Origin: a virus
Virus record (IMG/VR): IMGVR_UViG_3300049855_000474
Coordinates: 1-64,000 of that record
Length of the DNA: 64,000 nucleotides
Strand: one strand, 5' to 3'
Part shown: positions 52,326-61,996 of the stretch, piece after piece
How the letters are laid out: each line of letters begins with the position of its first letter
Numbering within the stretch: the stretch's first letter is position 1
Made by a program: the position numbers and the translations under genes
The notes under the pieces: generated by a model
What the model was told of the DNA's origin: nothing
Databases searched by the model: none
Seen by the model: only the letters and a program-made list of their open reading frames with translations

Positions 52326-53873
52326 ATGCAGCTAAAGACAATTAAAAAGTTGCTACGAGAAGGCAAGCTGGAGGAAGCTGAACGAGAGTTCATGTATTCT
52401 CTATACAGTACAGAAGGTTTAAAACTCTGGAAAGAGGCTTTGTTGATCAAGAATCCTGAGGATAAAATTCCTCATCTTCTCGGGTTCGCCACAAAGATTG
52501 TATTCTGCGAGAAAATAACAACAGCCTCTGTAAATTTCCATACCAAGGTAATTAAACTAGGGTCAACGTTCTTCTGTGATTATATTTCATCCTGGGGAGA
52601 TGTCATATTCATCCTGATGCACGAACGAAATCACCTTCTTATAGACTACTTCTATACGTCCAGAATGAACGAATTTAAAAACCGCATATTTGCCAACATG
52701 TGGGAAGATATCTACATAAACAATACAATACTAGAACATGTTGATAGCCAACTATGTCAGAGGTTCTACGCGAATCCTGATGCCAATAATCTGGATTGGT
52801 TAATGAGCCAATCAAAGATTTACGAATGGTTCAGTTGGTTCAATAAAGAGCATGCTAGGGTAGTTGTTGCCTGTCCTACCTTTTTCGAGTTTGCGGAACA
52901 ATTAAGCGAGGGTCTGCTGGACCCTAAAAATGTAGGTTATTACAGCTGGATGGAAATTGGGTTAGCTGTAGAACTCGAAATTACGACGGAGAGATATCTT
53001 GACATTGGAGGACTTCCAGAGAACAATGGAGAAAGTGGAGGCTCTCTTCCAGAGCTAGAAGAGGGGTCCTCATCATCAGAGGACTCCACAGAGGATTTGG
53101 TTCTGGAGGAGAGAGACAAAGAACTAACTATTGACAGTTATCCGGTGACAAAAACACGCGTAGGTCCACAAAGCTTACCTGAGCATATAAAAGAGCTGTT
53201 AGCATTAAAACTTTCCAGTGATGAGTATATTTACAGAAATACGGATAGACAGGCTACGTACAAAGAAGTGATAAGTAGACAAGTTGTTCAACCGTTATTA
53301 GCTTCCAGAATAATAGATGACGAGTACAAAGTACTTTCACCTTTCCCCTCGTCTATCTCAAGACGAGACATTTTTTCTCTTGCCTGCGGACTAGTACCCA
53401 CATACTGGGAACAAAATCGACATAAACCGGTAGAGGAAAAAGCAATTTCACTCTATATAGATACAAGTGGGAGTATGCAAGAGTGGTACCCGATGATACC
53501 ACAAATCGTAAAGGAATTAAACGGTTTTTGTTCTCTGGTTTACAACTTCGACACCCACGTAATACAGGTCGAAGACCCCTTGAGCAGCGTAATATACAAT
53601 ACCACACAAGGAACAAACTACAATAAAGTCTGTAAGCACATTACAGAAAACGAGATTAATAGCATTATAGTTTTCTCTGACAGTACGGAGTCGATCCAGA
53701 AAAGCTATATAAAGAGCCTGGGACTGCGACTGAAACAATTCATATACATCACCACATCTAAAAAAGATGGTAAGAGCTGTGGCTTTATAGAGTTAGCCAA
53801 AGAGATGGGTGACAAAAAAGCTAAAGTAGTATATCTAGGCAACGTAACAGCTACAAAGAAGGAGTTCTCTTGA
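52326..53873 (+). CDS. Zincin-like metallopeptidase + vWA domain protein (MoxR partner)
   Basis: FILMHERNH..ANMWED.YIN; acidic linker; MIDAS YIDTSGSM, FDT, GTNY, VFSD (start may be 52287). Confidence 0.75.
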   Translation: MQLKTIKKLLREGKLEEAEREFMYSLYSTEGLKLWKEALLIKNPEDKIPHLLGFATKIVFCEKITTASVNFHTKVIKLGSTFFCDYISSWGDVIFILMHERNHLLIDYFYTSRMNEFKNRIFANMWEDIYINNTILEHVDSQLCQRFYANPDANNLDWLMSQSKIYEWFSWFNKEHARVVVACPTFFEFAEQLSEGLLDPKNVGYYSWMEIGLAVELEITTERYLDIGGLPENNGESGGSLPELEEGSSSSEDSTEDLVLEERDKELTIDSYPVTKTRVGPQSLPEHIKELLALKLSSDEYIYRNTDRQATYKEVISRQVVQPLLASRIIDDEYKVLSPFPSSISRRDIFSLACGLVPTYWEQNRHKPVEEKAISLYIDTSGSMQEWYPMIPQIVKELNGFCSLVYNFDTHVIQVEDPLSSVIYNTTQGTNYNKVCKHITENEINSIIVFSDSTESIQKSYIKSLGLRLKQFIYITTSKKDGKSCGFIELAKEMGDKKAKVVYLGNVTATKKEFS

Positions 53874-55042
53874 TTGAACAATTAGGAATTATTGGATGGG
53901 GTAAGATAGAACCTATCATCCTATCCGCCCTTCTGGCTGGTGAGCCTATCCTTTTTGTAGGGTCTCATGGTGTCAACAAGACTGATGGTGCTCAAGCTCT
54001 GAGTGAAGGGGTTCTGGGGTTAGGAACAAATTACGTTAAATACGAAACACCAATCATCCAAAACGATGATATCCTTGGATATATCAATGCTAAGGACATG
54101 ATGGAAGGCAAGTTGAGTTACCTACAAACCCCAGCATCCTTATGGGCAGCTGACGCAGTTGGTTTGGATGAGCTTAATCGAGCTAATCCTATGACAGCCG
54201 CTAAGCTCATGGAGACCGTGCGTACGAAAAGTATCATGGGAATGAAGACAAATCTAAAACTTGTCTTCGCCATGATAAATCCACCACAGGATTATGATAC
54301 TATCTATATTGACGTGGCTTTAGCTTCCAGATTCGTGATTATCAAGGTGCCTGGAACAAAGCAGTTGAGCACATCGGATCTTACAGAAATTATTCAGGGT
54401 ACCGAAAAAGACCCAAAGAGTTTTAAGGATTTCAAAGAGGAATTCGAGAAAATTCAGGCTGTAGAGCTTGACACTGAAGACAAGCAACAAATAACAAAAA
54501 TGGTTGTCAATATTGGGCGTAAACTCAAAGAGGTAGAGATTGAGCCTAGAGAGCTAAAGACCATTGCCAAGCTGCTGGTAACAGCACAAAAGTTGAAAAG
54601 AAGCAACTTTCCTCTTGACGAAGGTGTAATGGCTGACATAATCCTAAGCAAGATACCCCAAGCATGGGGCATCACGCGACATCAAGTCGATGCTAAAAAC
54701 ATACGCCCAACACTGCTTCAAAACCTAATAGGCTTTGCTCTCAATGATCCACTAAGTAAAGCCACTACAATTGAAGAAGTATTAAAAGCGCCGAAAGCGG
54801 ATAATCTTGCTTGGGCAAGCGCTCTCCTAGCTGTAATTTCTAAGGAAACCGACGCTAGCAAGTTACGATCCCTATTGGGTCAGTTGAACACCGTAACAAA
54901 TGCAGAAATAACAAACCACTGCATGCAAGCTGCCGTTACTCGTATACTAGAGATTTCCGAAAAGGGTATGATCCCAAAAGACTACCTAACATGGGATCGC
55001 GAGGAAATGAAGGATCTTGTGAAGGAAATTGTCAATGCTTGA
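53870..55042 (+). CDS. MoxR-type AAA+ ATPase
   Basis: GEPILFVGSHGVNKT, LDELNRA, AMINP, DVALASRF. Confidence 0.8.
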   Translation: MIEQLGIIGWGKIEPIILSALLAGEPILFVGSHGVNKTDGAQALSEGVLGLGTNYVKYETPIIQNDDILGYINAKDMMEGKLSYLQTPASLWAADAVGLDELNRANPMTAAKLMETVRTKSIMGMKTNLKLVFAMINPPQDYDTIYIDVALASRFVIIKVPGTKQLSTSDLTEIIQGTEKDPKSFKDFKEEFEKIQAVELDTEDKQQITKMVVNIGRKLKEVEIEPRELKTIAKLLVTAQKLKRSNFPLDEGVMADIILSKIPQAWGITRHQVDAKNIRPTLLQNLIGFALNDPLSKATTIEEVLKAPKADNLAWASALLAVISKETDASKLRSLLGQLNTVTNAEITNHCMQAAVTRILEISEKGMIPKDYLTWDREEMKDLVKEIVNA

Positions 55043-55550
55043 ATTGGGTTTGGGCGAGTTGAACAGAGTTCTACATACGAATGCCAGTCTAAATTACTAT
55101 TTCACAAACAAAGGGCTGATAAACTCGGGTTCTGCTGTGAATATTCCTGCTTATGCTACATCCCGCCCACTACCGAAAATAGAGCTATCGAAGTTACTGC
55201 TGCTCCAGCTTATAAACAAGAAGGACAACAGTACAATACTGGTAGAATTTTTCGGTAACCAAACACGTGCCTTCGGTGTACCTACAAAACCAGGATTCGA
55301 GAATCAATACAAAGCAAGCGGTTTGCATGCCTTGTTTATGCCAGAACCTGGTCTGAATTTGGATAAGAAAGAGTGGGAATTAGAACGACTGTTTATATCA
55401 CCAACATTACACGAATTAGCACTGCACAACTTTCTTCCTATGCTACTGTCTGCGCCAGTCCCTAATAACATTTGCACAGTTCTAACAAAAAACAATAGAG
55501 GGCAGAAAGCCTACCAACCCGATTACATTAATCTAATGGCAAAGAAATAA
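55035..55550 (+). CDS. Hypothetical protein
   Basis: AAGGA SD, overlap with ATPase stop. Confidence 0.6.
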   Translation: MLELGLGELNRVLHTNASLNYYFTNKGLINSGSAVNIPAYATSRPLPKIELSKLLLLQLINKKDNSTILVEFFGNQTRAFGVPTKPGFENQYKASGLHALFMPEPGLNLDKKEWELERLFISPTLHELALHNFLPMLLSAPVPNNICTVLTKNNRGQKAYQPDYINLMAKK

Positions 55551-55561
55551 AGGAGACCAAA

Positions 55562-56350
55562 GTGATTGAAATTTATTTGATGGATGGTTGTGAAGAGGAA
55601 TCGCTCCGTAAGTTCTTGACGCGGCTGGTTGATATGCAACTCGCTTATACGATCAAGAAGCTCCCCAAGAAGCCTTACCGCCTGCTGAGTTGTTACGTTG
55701 AAGGTGCTTTCAAACAGGCTGGGATTTGGGGTTTGCCTGTTGAGCGTGGACATCTGCGACTACTCTGTGCTAGCGAGCAAGTAGGACCTTTGTTCGGTCA
55801 ATCGGTTACACTCAAGCGCAAGGATGGCGTCCAAAAGCTGATGTTTGCTTCACATCCAGATCCAGATACCTTGTGCACAGTAGCGCTCCACGAGCTTGGA
55901 CACGCCTTGAAGGCTGTTCGTAAGAAGACTCATGATTGTGTCATGGTTGTGAAGACCAAGAAAGAGTTGTCTGCGGAGACCACCAGGACGCTTATCCAGC
56001 AAGGTGCCCTGGAAAAGTTAGGCAAGCTTTACCCGGAGTCAATGGTAGAGCTGGGAGGATCCCACTGTCTTGAGGCTGCATGTATTATGCAGGTAGCCCC
56101 ATCTAATAGCGCAATTGGCTTTGATCAGCCATTCTGCGATCTTTGTTTCGAAAACGTAAAAGACGAAGTGAAGAAGGTAAATGCCGAGTTTGATGCTGTC
56201 AAGAACAAGTGTGGAGAATGCACTTATCTTAAGCGGTGCATGAATACGAAGGAGTGGGTATGGGACGGCTCCGACCCCTGTGACGAGTTTGAGCAAGATC
56301 CTACTTTGATGGCGAATAATACGCCGCCCCAACAAGCGAAGGCAGACTGA
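55562..56350 (+). CDS. Archaemetzincin-like zinc metalloprotease
   Basis: ALHELGHAL, HC....CIM, FCDLC; extra C-terminal Cys cluster; AAGGAG SD. Confidence 0.65.
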   Translation: MIEIYLMDGCEEESLRKFLTRLVDMQLAYTIKKLPKKPYRLLSCYVEGAFKQAGIWGLPVERGHLRLLCASEQVGPLFGQSVTLKRKDGVQKLMFASHPDPDTLCTVALHELGHALKAVRKKTHDCVMVVKTKKELSAETTRTLIQQGALEKLGKLYPESMVELGGSHCLEAACIMQVAPSNSAIGFDQPFCDLCFENVKDEVKKVNAEFDAVKNKCGECTYLKRCMNTKEWVWDGSDPCDEFEQDPTLMANNTPPQQAKAD

Positions 56351-56353
56351 TCA

Positions 56354-56596
56354 ATGGATAAAACAGACTCTATAATTGCAGGCATAGTATGCACAGTTAT
56401 TATAACCTTAATCTGGTTCATCGTCGAAGGAGCCCCGTATAGCCCCTGCGCAGCACCCAAGTGCTACGGCAAGCTCGTAACAGCACAGCAATGCCAAACC
56501 AGCTGTCACCCTCTCAAAGTGAAAGCATTCGATACCTCAGCTACATGGGATCACTACGGTCGCATGAAACCAGACAACTGCCTCTGCTCACACTAA
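56354..56596 (+). CDS. Small membrane-anchored Cys-rich protein
   Basis: N-terminal TM, six Cys after it. Confidence 0.55.
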   Translation: MDKTDSIIAGIVCTVIITLIWFIVEGAPYSPCAAPKCYGKLVTAQQCQTSCHPLKVKAFDTSATWDHYGRMKPDNCLCSH

Positions 56597-56618
56597 AACA
56601 TTCTGAAATAAGGCAAAT

Positions 56619-57743
56619 ATGACTAACTCCGATATCCGCTCGAAACTTATTCCTTATTTTACAAATTTACATTATCGAGAGGTACCAACAGCTCAACGGG
56701 CTGTTGGTTGTCTTGTCCTACTTGATAATGTGAAGACTTACGATGAAATTGTAGCGGATTTCGAGTCAGAAGAAAACTACAAATCCTTCCTTAGACCAGT
56801 TAAAGCACTACTCACAGATTCCTTTTGTGCTCGAAATGCCTGGCGAGCTGCTTTATATGCAACCGGTCAAAATATTGACTTAAACAAAGCAGCACAAGCC
56901 TTCAAAGTCAACCAGAGTGATTTTTATTTTCTCTGGGATGGTCTAAAGGAAGAAGATCGGGATATTATCAGACATAATGCCAAGGAATCGCCTGTACTAC
57001 TCAAACAGTTAGCAAAGGAAGATTTGCGAGGTTTGATGAACAGGCTTAGCAAATTTTGTAAGCAAATTGCTTATCAGAAACTTCGATTCCTACAGACGAC
57101 AGACAATGCTATACTTATGGAGGATATTCATAGTGAACTCCTAACAAAAGCCCTTAAGATGGTAAGACATTACGAACATATGTCTGAGGATGGAAAAACT
57201 CATGCTATTCTAAAAATAGAAAATTATGCCAGATCCGGCATAGCCAACTATGTTACGAATATGATCAACTTTTATACCACAAAGAAGCGGGCTCGTGTCC
57301 AGAATACCACGGAAATCTGCGGTACCTGTGATTATTGCCTAGCTGGACATATTACACATTGCCGTAATGCCGTCAATAGCTTCCAAGCAACTACCTTGCG
57401 AATTGATCTCCCAGCTAATGCTGACAATCCAGCCTCAATTGCTTCCAGCCTGAGAACTTCCCTGCGTCCCTACGACGAAACTTTAGTAGAGGACGAGATG
57501 CTGCAAACCATGTTGAGGGGAAGCAGTGACGAGCTGAAAAACTTCGTTAATATCGTAACTGACGTGCAAACTCCAGAAGAATTTGAAAGATGGCTCCAGC
57601 TACACTATGATGTCCGTGTAGATGAAATTACAGACGATCGCAAAATGACAAATTACGCCCTAGAATACTTAGACCTGCAGAAACCTCAAACTAGACGTAT
57701 GCTACAAGCTAAGTATAATAAATACGCGGGTGACCGACGATGA
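56619..57743 (+). CDS. Putative phage sigma-70-family factor (divergent)
   Basis: Region-2-like KQIAY..EDIHSELL..ALKM..HY...NYAR..IANYVTNMI, then Cys cluster CGTCDYC..HC and RIDLP. Confidence 0.45.
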   Translation: MTNSDIRSKLIPYFTNLHYREVPTAQRAVGCLVLLDNVKTYDEIVADFESEENYKSFLRPVKALLTDSFCARNAWRAALYATGQNIDLNKAAQAFKVNQSDFYFLWDGLKEEDRDIIRHNAKESPVLLKQLAKEDLRGLMNRLSKFCKQIAYQKLRFLQTTDNAILMEDIHSELLTKALKMVRHYEHMSEDGKTHAILKIENYARSGIANYVTNMINFYTTKKRARVQNTTEICGTCDYCLAGHITHCRNAVNSFQATTLRIDLPANADNPASIASSLRTSLRPYDETLVEDEMLQTMLRGSSDELKNFVNIVTDVQTPEEFERWLQLHYDVRVDEITDDRKMTNYALEYLDLQKPQTRRMLQAKYNKYAGDRR

Positions 57744-57943
57744 CAGATACCGCGCACGTAGTAGGTTTTGTAGCTACTATCGTAGCTTCCGCAGGAAAGC
57801 CAGATTCTTTCGGTAATATCTTGACACTAGAAGAAATAAACAATCTAGCAACCAAATCCGCTGGACTTTGCTGGGTGGAAGATGGTAGCCTGGTGACGCA
57901 TGTACTTTTAGAAAGTACGAACAAGTTTCGATTGGATGGATGA
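57740..57943 (+). CDS. Small hypothetical protein
   Basis: ATGA coupling, 67 aa. Confidence 0.5.
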   Translation: MTDTAHVVGFVATIVASAGKPDSFGNILTLEEINNLATKSAGLCWVEDGSLVTHVLLESTNKFRLDG

Positions 57944-58508
57944 CTCGATGAGATTTGACGCAATTTCAAGCGATCCACATTTTTCGCACTTTAATATAAT
58001 TCAATACTGCGGTCGTCCTTTCAAGGACGTCTACCATATGCAAGAGGAGTTAATTCAACGGCATAACGAAGTAGTTGGTCCTGATGATACTATTCTTTAC
58101 CTTGGGGACATGTTCTTCATGAAGCCACATGAAGCCGAAAAGCTCATGAAGAGACTAAACGGTAAAAAGTATCTTCTGCGTGGAAACCACGACAAAAGGA
58201 TCACAGATTCCCAGTTTCTAAACATTGGATTTGAGATGGTTTTCCCTATGTATTTTCAAGCATACCTAGGCAAGTACCCCGTATGGTATTCCCATTACCC
58301 CTTTGCAGGATATTCCGAGGATAAGCGATACGAGGATCGTCGTCCACCAAAGGACGGTACAGTAATTGTACACGGGCATACTCACGATAAGACTAGGCTA
58401 ACCAAACAAAACACAGTCCACGTAGGTGTGGATGGCTGGGATTATCGACCTGCTCGATTTGAGGAAGTAGAAGCGCTAGTAGCAGAAGCTTACGAAAGGA
58501 AGAAATGA
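57936..58508 (+). CDS. Phage calcineurin-like phosphoesterase
   Basis: SDPHFSH.NII.YC.RPF, LGD, RGNHD, HYP, HGHTH, VGVD. Confidence 0.88.
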   Translation: MDDSMRFDAISSDPHFSHFNIIQYCGRPFKDVYHMQEELIQRHNEVVGPDDTILYLGDMFFMKPHEAEKLMKRLNGKKYLLRGNHDKRITDSQFLNIGFEMVFPMYFQAYLGKYPVWYSHYPFAGYSEDKRYEDRRPPKDGTVIVHGHTHDKTRLTKQNTVHVGVDGWDYRPARFEEVEALVAEAYERKK

Positions 58509-58509
58509 T

Positions 58510-58833
58510 ATGCCATACATCCAGCAAGAACAAAGAGTTCCTCTCGAGGAACCTATCAAGCAGCTTACTGCTGAAATAGTCAAGCTATCCCTAAAAGGCG
58601 ACCTGACTGGAATGTCAGGGCTATTGAACTACTCCTTCTCCCGTATCCTCATGGGTGTCATCCGAGGAACAGGCGGCATCCGGTATCACAAGATTGCATC
58701 CGTATCCGGGATGCTGAAGAATGTGTCGGATGAATTCTATCGAAGGGTGGTTGTTCCCTACGAAGATCGACAAAGCAAGGCTAACGGCGATATTCCGGAG
58801 TACGAGAGCAATGACGATCTTAATCGAATCTAA
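58510..58833 (+). CDS. Conserved phage hypothetical protein
   Basis: MPYI...R, GLLNY, EFYRRVVVPYED..NGD pattern. Confidence 0.7.
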   Translation: MPYIQQEQRVPLEEPIKQLTAEIVKLSLKGDLTGMSGLLNYSFSRILMGVIRGTGGIRYHKIASVSGMLKNVSDEFYRRVVVPYEDRQSKANGDIPEYESNDDLNRI

Positions 58834-59086
58834 AGGCACTCAGTTGCCTGGCGAGGATACTATTCCTATAGTAGAAGTAACTTCTCTTCTACGTAAAATC
58901 CGGAGAGAACAGAAGCTCTCCCAGAAGGTTTTTGCCAAGCAGATCGGAATTTCAGTTAAAAAGCTACGGGACTTCGAGAAATCTGAAGACCCAGAGGTCA
59001 TTCTGCTACAAAGAGTTCTCATGGGCTTAGGCGGAAAATTGGAAATTGTTGCTTGCTTTGACGATAAGAAAGAACGTATACTCTAG
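58811..59086 (+). CDS. XRE-family HTH protein
   Basis: LRKIRREQKLSQ..FAKQIGIS...LRDFE...LGGKLEI. Confidence 0.78.
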   Translation: MTILIESKGTQLPGEDTIPIVEVTSLLRKIRREQKLSQKVFAKQIGISVKKLRDFEKSEDPEVILLQRVLMGLGGKLEIVACFDDKKERIL

Positions 59087-59089
59087 CCT

Positions 59090-59320
59090 ATGCCTATCCT
59101 AACCAAAATAGTGATACAGTGCGACGCTAAAGACTGTGAAAGCACCTGCGAAGCTGATGTCGAATGGCACAACCAAGATCGCTATCCTAGTCTAAGGAAT
59201 ATTACAGAAACTTGGAAAGTTGAAAGAGGAATACCTAACTTTGGTAAGATAAAATACTGGTGTGATAAACATGCAGCTAAAAGCTTAGTAGTCAGCTACT
59301 GGAGGGGTGACAATGATTAG
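59090..59320 (+). CDS. Small hypothetical protein
   Basis: CD..DC...WCDKH, 76 aa. Confidence 0.55.
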   Translation: MPILTKIVIQCDAKDCESTCEADVEWHNQDRYPSLRNITETWKVERGIPNFGKIKYWCDKHAAKSLVVSYWRGDND

Positions 59321-60065
59321 AGACCACGTCAAAGCCAGAGTTGAAGCCGTCAAAGCCGGTCATATGCCCAAGGTAACTCTGGAGGAATACGAAACACTTC
59401 GTATGAATACAGATGAATGGCGAGCAATTGCCCCTATCCTAACGGATGAGGCATTGAAGCAAGCTATAACTAACACATTGAAAAATTGCAGTAATCGTAG
59501 CGGTACCTACGAAGACGCCTTACAGAATGTGTACGTTCCGCTACTGATGGAACGCGTGTTCGGCTCCTCAGCAGAAGAGGACGATATCAAGGAACCTGCG
59601 CGTACTTATACATGCAGCGAAATGTGGGATATCTGCCTTGAAAATCCTAATGCTCGCTTTGCAGCCAGCTACCTACGCGGACTGCAAACGGGCTACCTGC
59701 TCAGAGCAGGGACACTCCCAAATACTAAAAAGTTCTGTATCATGAATGAGGTTGGTAATCATCCTTTTATGGATTTCAGGAACGACTATGATTTCTACAA
59801 AGTCACTCGTCTACCAGACGCTCCATCAAGTGTTGAGGAACCCACCCGCACCTATTCCACTATTGAGATGTGGGATATTTGCAGAGCAAATCCTAAAGCC
59901 CGATTTTTAACCATTCTGGAAAATAGAGAGCACGTCCTCAAAGGTGGACAACATCCAAAAACTTTTGAGTACTGTGTCAATTATCCTGATAGAACTGGCT
60001 TCTTTATGGGTGCCAGAATTGATTATGATGGTTGCACAATCACACGTCTCCCCGATGCCGATTAA
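59313..60065 (+). CDS. Hypothetical protein with tandem about 80-aa duplicated domain
   Basis: EP.RTY...EMWDIC..NP.ARF ... DYD....TRLPDA occurs twice; GGAGG SD. Confidence 0.7.
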   Translation: MIRDHVKARVEAVKAGHMPKVTLEEYETLRMNTDEWRAIAPILTDEALKQAITNTLKNCSNRSGTYEDALQNVYVPLLMERVFGSSAEEDDIKEPARTYTCSEMWDICLENPNARFAASYLRGLQTGYLLRAGTLPNTKKFCIMNEVGNHPFMDFRNDYDFYKVTRLPDAPSSVEEPTRTYSTIEMWDICRANPKARFLTILENREHVLKGGQHPKTFEYCVNYPDRTGFFMGARIDYDGCTITRLPDAD

Positions 60066-60100
60066 AAGCAAAAAGCCCTCTGGCATAACCAGAAGGCTTT
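60065..60100 (-). terminator. Terminator at convergent junction (T-run on minus strand)
   Basis: AAAGCCTTCTGG..CCAGAGGGCTTTTTGCTTTT on minus strand. Confidence 0.75.
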
Positions 60101-60129
60101 CAACAGTTAGCTGCCTAAGCAGCGCGAGC

Positions 60130-60846
60130 TTAGCTCTTGAGGGGAAGGTCGAACTTCACACCAAGCATGCCGTTAGCAACGCTGGGAGTCTGCGACACGA
60201 AGCCAATGGCGTTAGCCGCACCACCCGCAGCGGACGACACCTTACCAGCAGCCGCAGGATACACAAGTGCACCCACAGTGTAAGCAACCGAGGTATCGAA
60301 CATCGTGGTGAAGATCTCACCTTCATGAGCACCCACGCTGACCGTCGAGAAGTAATCCTGAGCACGATTATTGACCGAACGCTCATGGAAACGCGACAGG
60401 CTCTCCTGCATGGTGAGCGTGTAACGGTAGGTCACCGTAACAGTCTCGCCAGCCTGAGCAGAGTGGAACGTCACGACAGCATTCACGAGACTGACGGCAT
60501 ACTCGCCCGACGCCGAAGCGTCATCAAGAGTAAGCACGCCAGTCGTGCTCGCCACAGCGCGGGTCGAACCCGACACGAGGTTAGCATTGCTAAGCGTAAC
60601 AGTGTAGGGAGCTGACGAAGGAACGGTCACAGTCTCAACAACCGTATCCGTCAACTTCTTCATTGCATCGGTAATCGCGAAACCCGCAATCGCCTGGTTA
60701 GCACCCGCTCCGCAGGGCTGAACCACCATCGTGCCATCACCGCCGTCAACATAGACAAGCAGCTGGCCTTCCTCAGTGATGCTGGCTCCAGCAGCGACGG
60801 GACGCTCCTTAAGATCAGCAAAGTACGAACGCATCAAATCAAACAT
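60130..60846 (-). CDS. Putative head decoration/capsid cement protein
   Basis: A/V/T/G-rich; EEGQLLV..AGFA and YTVGALVY...GKVS..IGFV..P motifs; GAGGAG SD; follows scaffold-like gene. Confidence 0.55.
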   Translation of the reverse strand: MFDLMRSYFADLKERPVAAGASITEEGQLLVYVDGGDGTMVVQPCGAGANQAIAGFAITDAMKKLTDTVVETVTVPSSAPYTVTLSNANLVSGSTRAVASTTGVLTLDDASASGEYAVSLVNAVVTFHSAQAGETVTVTYRYTLTMQESLSRFHERSVNNRAQDYFSTVSVGAHEGEIFTTMFDTSVAYTVGALVYPAAAGKVSSAAGGAANAIGFVSQTPSVANGMLGVKFDLPLKS

Positions 60847-60897
60847 TTTATATACTCCTCTGTAGAATTCTTACACTAGACGGATGTCTAGATTGGA

Positions 60898-61863
60898 TTA
60901 GCGACTGGACTTGCCAGCCTGGTGACGTGCACGGAAGCCAAAGACCTCACGCAACTGCTCTTTAGGATCGGTCTCTTCAGAGAAACCTGCGGTGTATGTC
61001 ATGAGAGGAACATTCTTCGATGCAGGAGCGACGGCAGTCGAGGCTTCGACCGTGGGCGTACGCTGAGGCATGTCATTGATCTGCTCCTGGATCTCGTTAT
61101 AAGATTCAGGCGAAAGATCCATCCACTTCATGGCTTGCTTGAAAGCGTCATCGAAATACTCTGAGGACTTCTCCTGCCAAGCAGCTTCGATAATCGCAAC
61201 AGCACGATCCGACTCAATACCCGCCGAACGCATACGATTGAAGAGAGCATCCTTGAGCGCGTTAGCGACAATGAAGTTCTTCGTTTGCGCAGTCACAACA
61301 AGGTTAAGCGTATTAACCATGTCATTACGGAGGTTAGCCTTCGCACGACGAAGCTCGTCGGTCGATGCAGCCTTGAGATGAGCTTCGAGCGCCTGGTAGG
61401 CGTCGGAACCCTTGACGGAAGCAACGTAAGCTCGAGCACGAACACCAGCAAGAATCTCTTCAAGATCCATACGGGTAGCCGCGTTCACGATGCCGTGCGC
61501 ATAAGCGTCAGTCGAAAAGACCTTCGCAACGCGCTCCACATCTTCCTGGTCACTCAAACGAATCTGAGCAACGGGCTGACCATCAGCGCACACAAGCCAA
61601 TGAGGATCCGAAGACCTTTCATTGAACAAATGCATGGTGAGTTCAGCAGTCTTCGTCACATTCCTGGGATCGAGTACAGCCGCTGTGAGAGTTTCCGTAG
61701 ACATAATCTCTGCAGTAGGCGCCACGGCGGGCGTAACAGCAGGAGTTACATCACTAGAAACAGTTGCGGTGGGCTGAGACTGTTGTGCGGTCGTGGGAGC
61801 GCCCTGCTTGTTAGCAAGTCGCTTCTGTCGATCCGCCCTTAAGGCTGCCTTGTCGATTGTCAT
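60898..61863 (-). CDS. Putative capsid scaffold/core protein
   Basis: Helical, A-rich, disordered ends; between protease and decoration genes. Confidence 0.5.
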   Translation of the reverse strand: MTIDKAALRADRQKRLANKQGAPTTAQQSQPTATVSSDVTPAVTPAVAPTAEIMSTETLTAAVLDPRNVTKTAELTMHLFNERSSDPHWLVCADGQPVAQIRLSDQEDVERVAKVFSTDAYAHGIVNAATRMDLEEILAGVRARAYVASVKGSDAYQALEAHLKAASTDELRRAKANLRNDMVNTLNLVVTAQTKNFIVANALKDALFNRMRSAGIESDRAVAIIEAAWQEKSSEYFDDAFKQAMKWMDLSPESYNEIQEQINDMPQRTPTVEASTAVAPASKNVPLMTYTAGFSEETDPKEQLREVFGFRARHQAGKSSR

Positions 61864-61996
61864 AGCATTATCCTTTAATACTAGCCTTGTTGGGTTTCAT
61901 AATATCCTCAGCACCAGTACCGAGGACTTTGGCTCCAGCTAGAGGAGCAACTAAGGGCAATTAAATCACCCTTGAAATTATATAACTAGTCTATGA

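Noticed and set aside
59944-61842. + strand ORFs 59944..60615, 60922..61164, 61130..61381, 61285..61842
   Set aside because: Shadow frames of the minus-strand head genes, with no motifs
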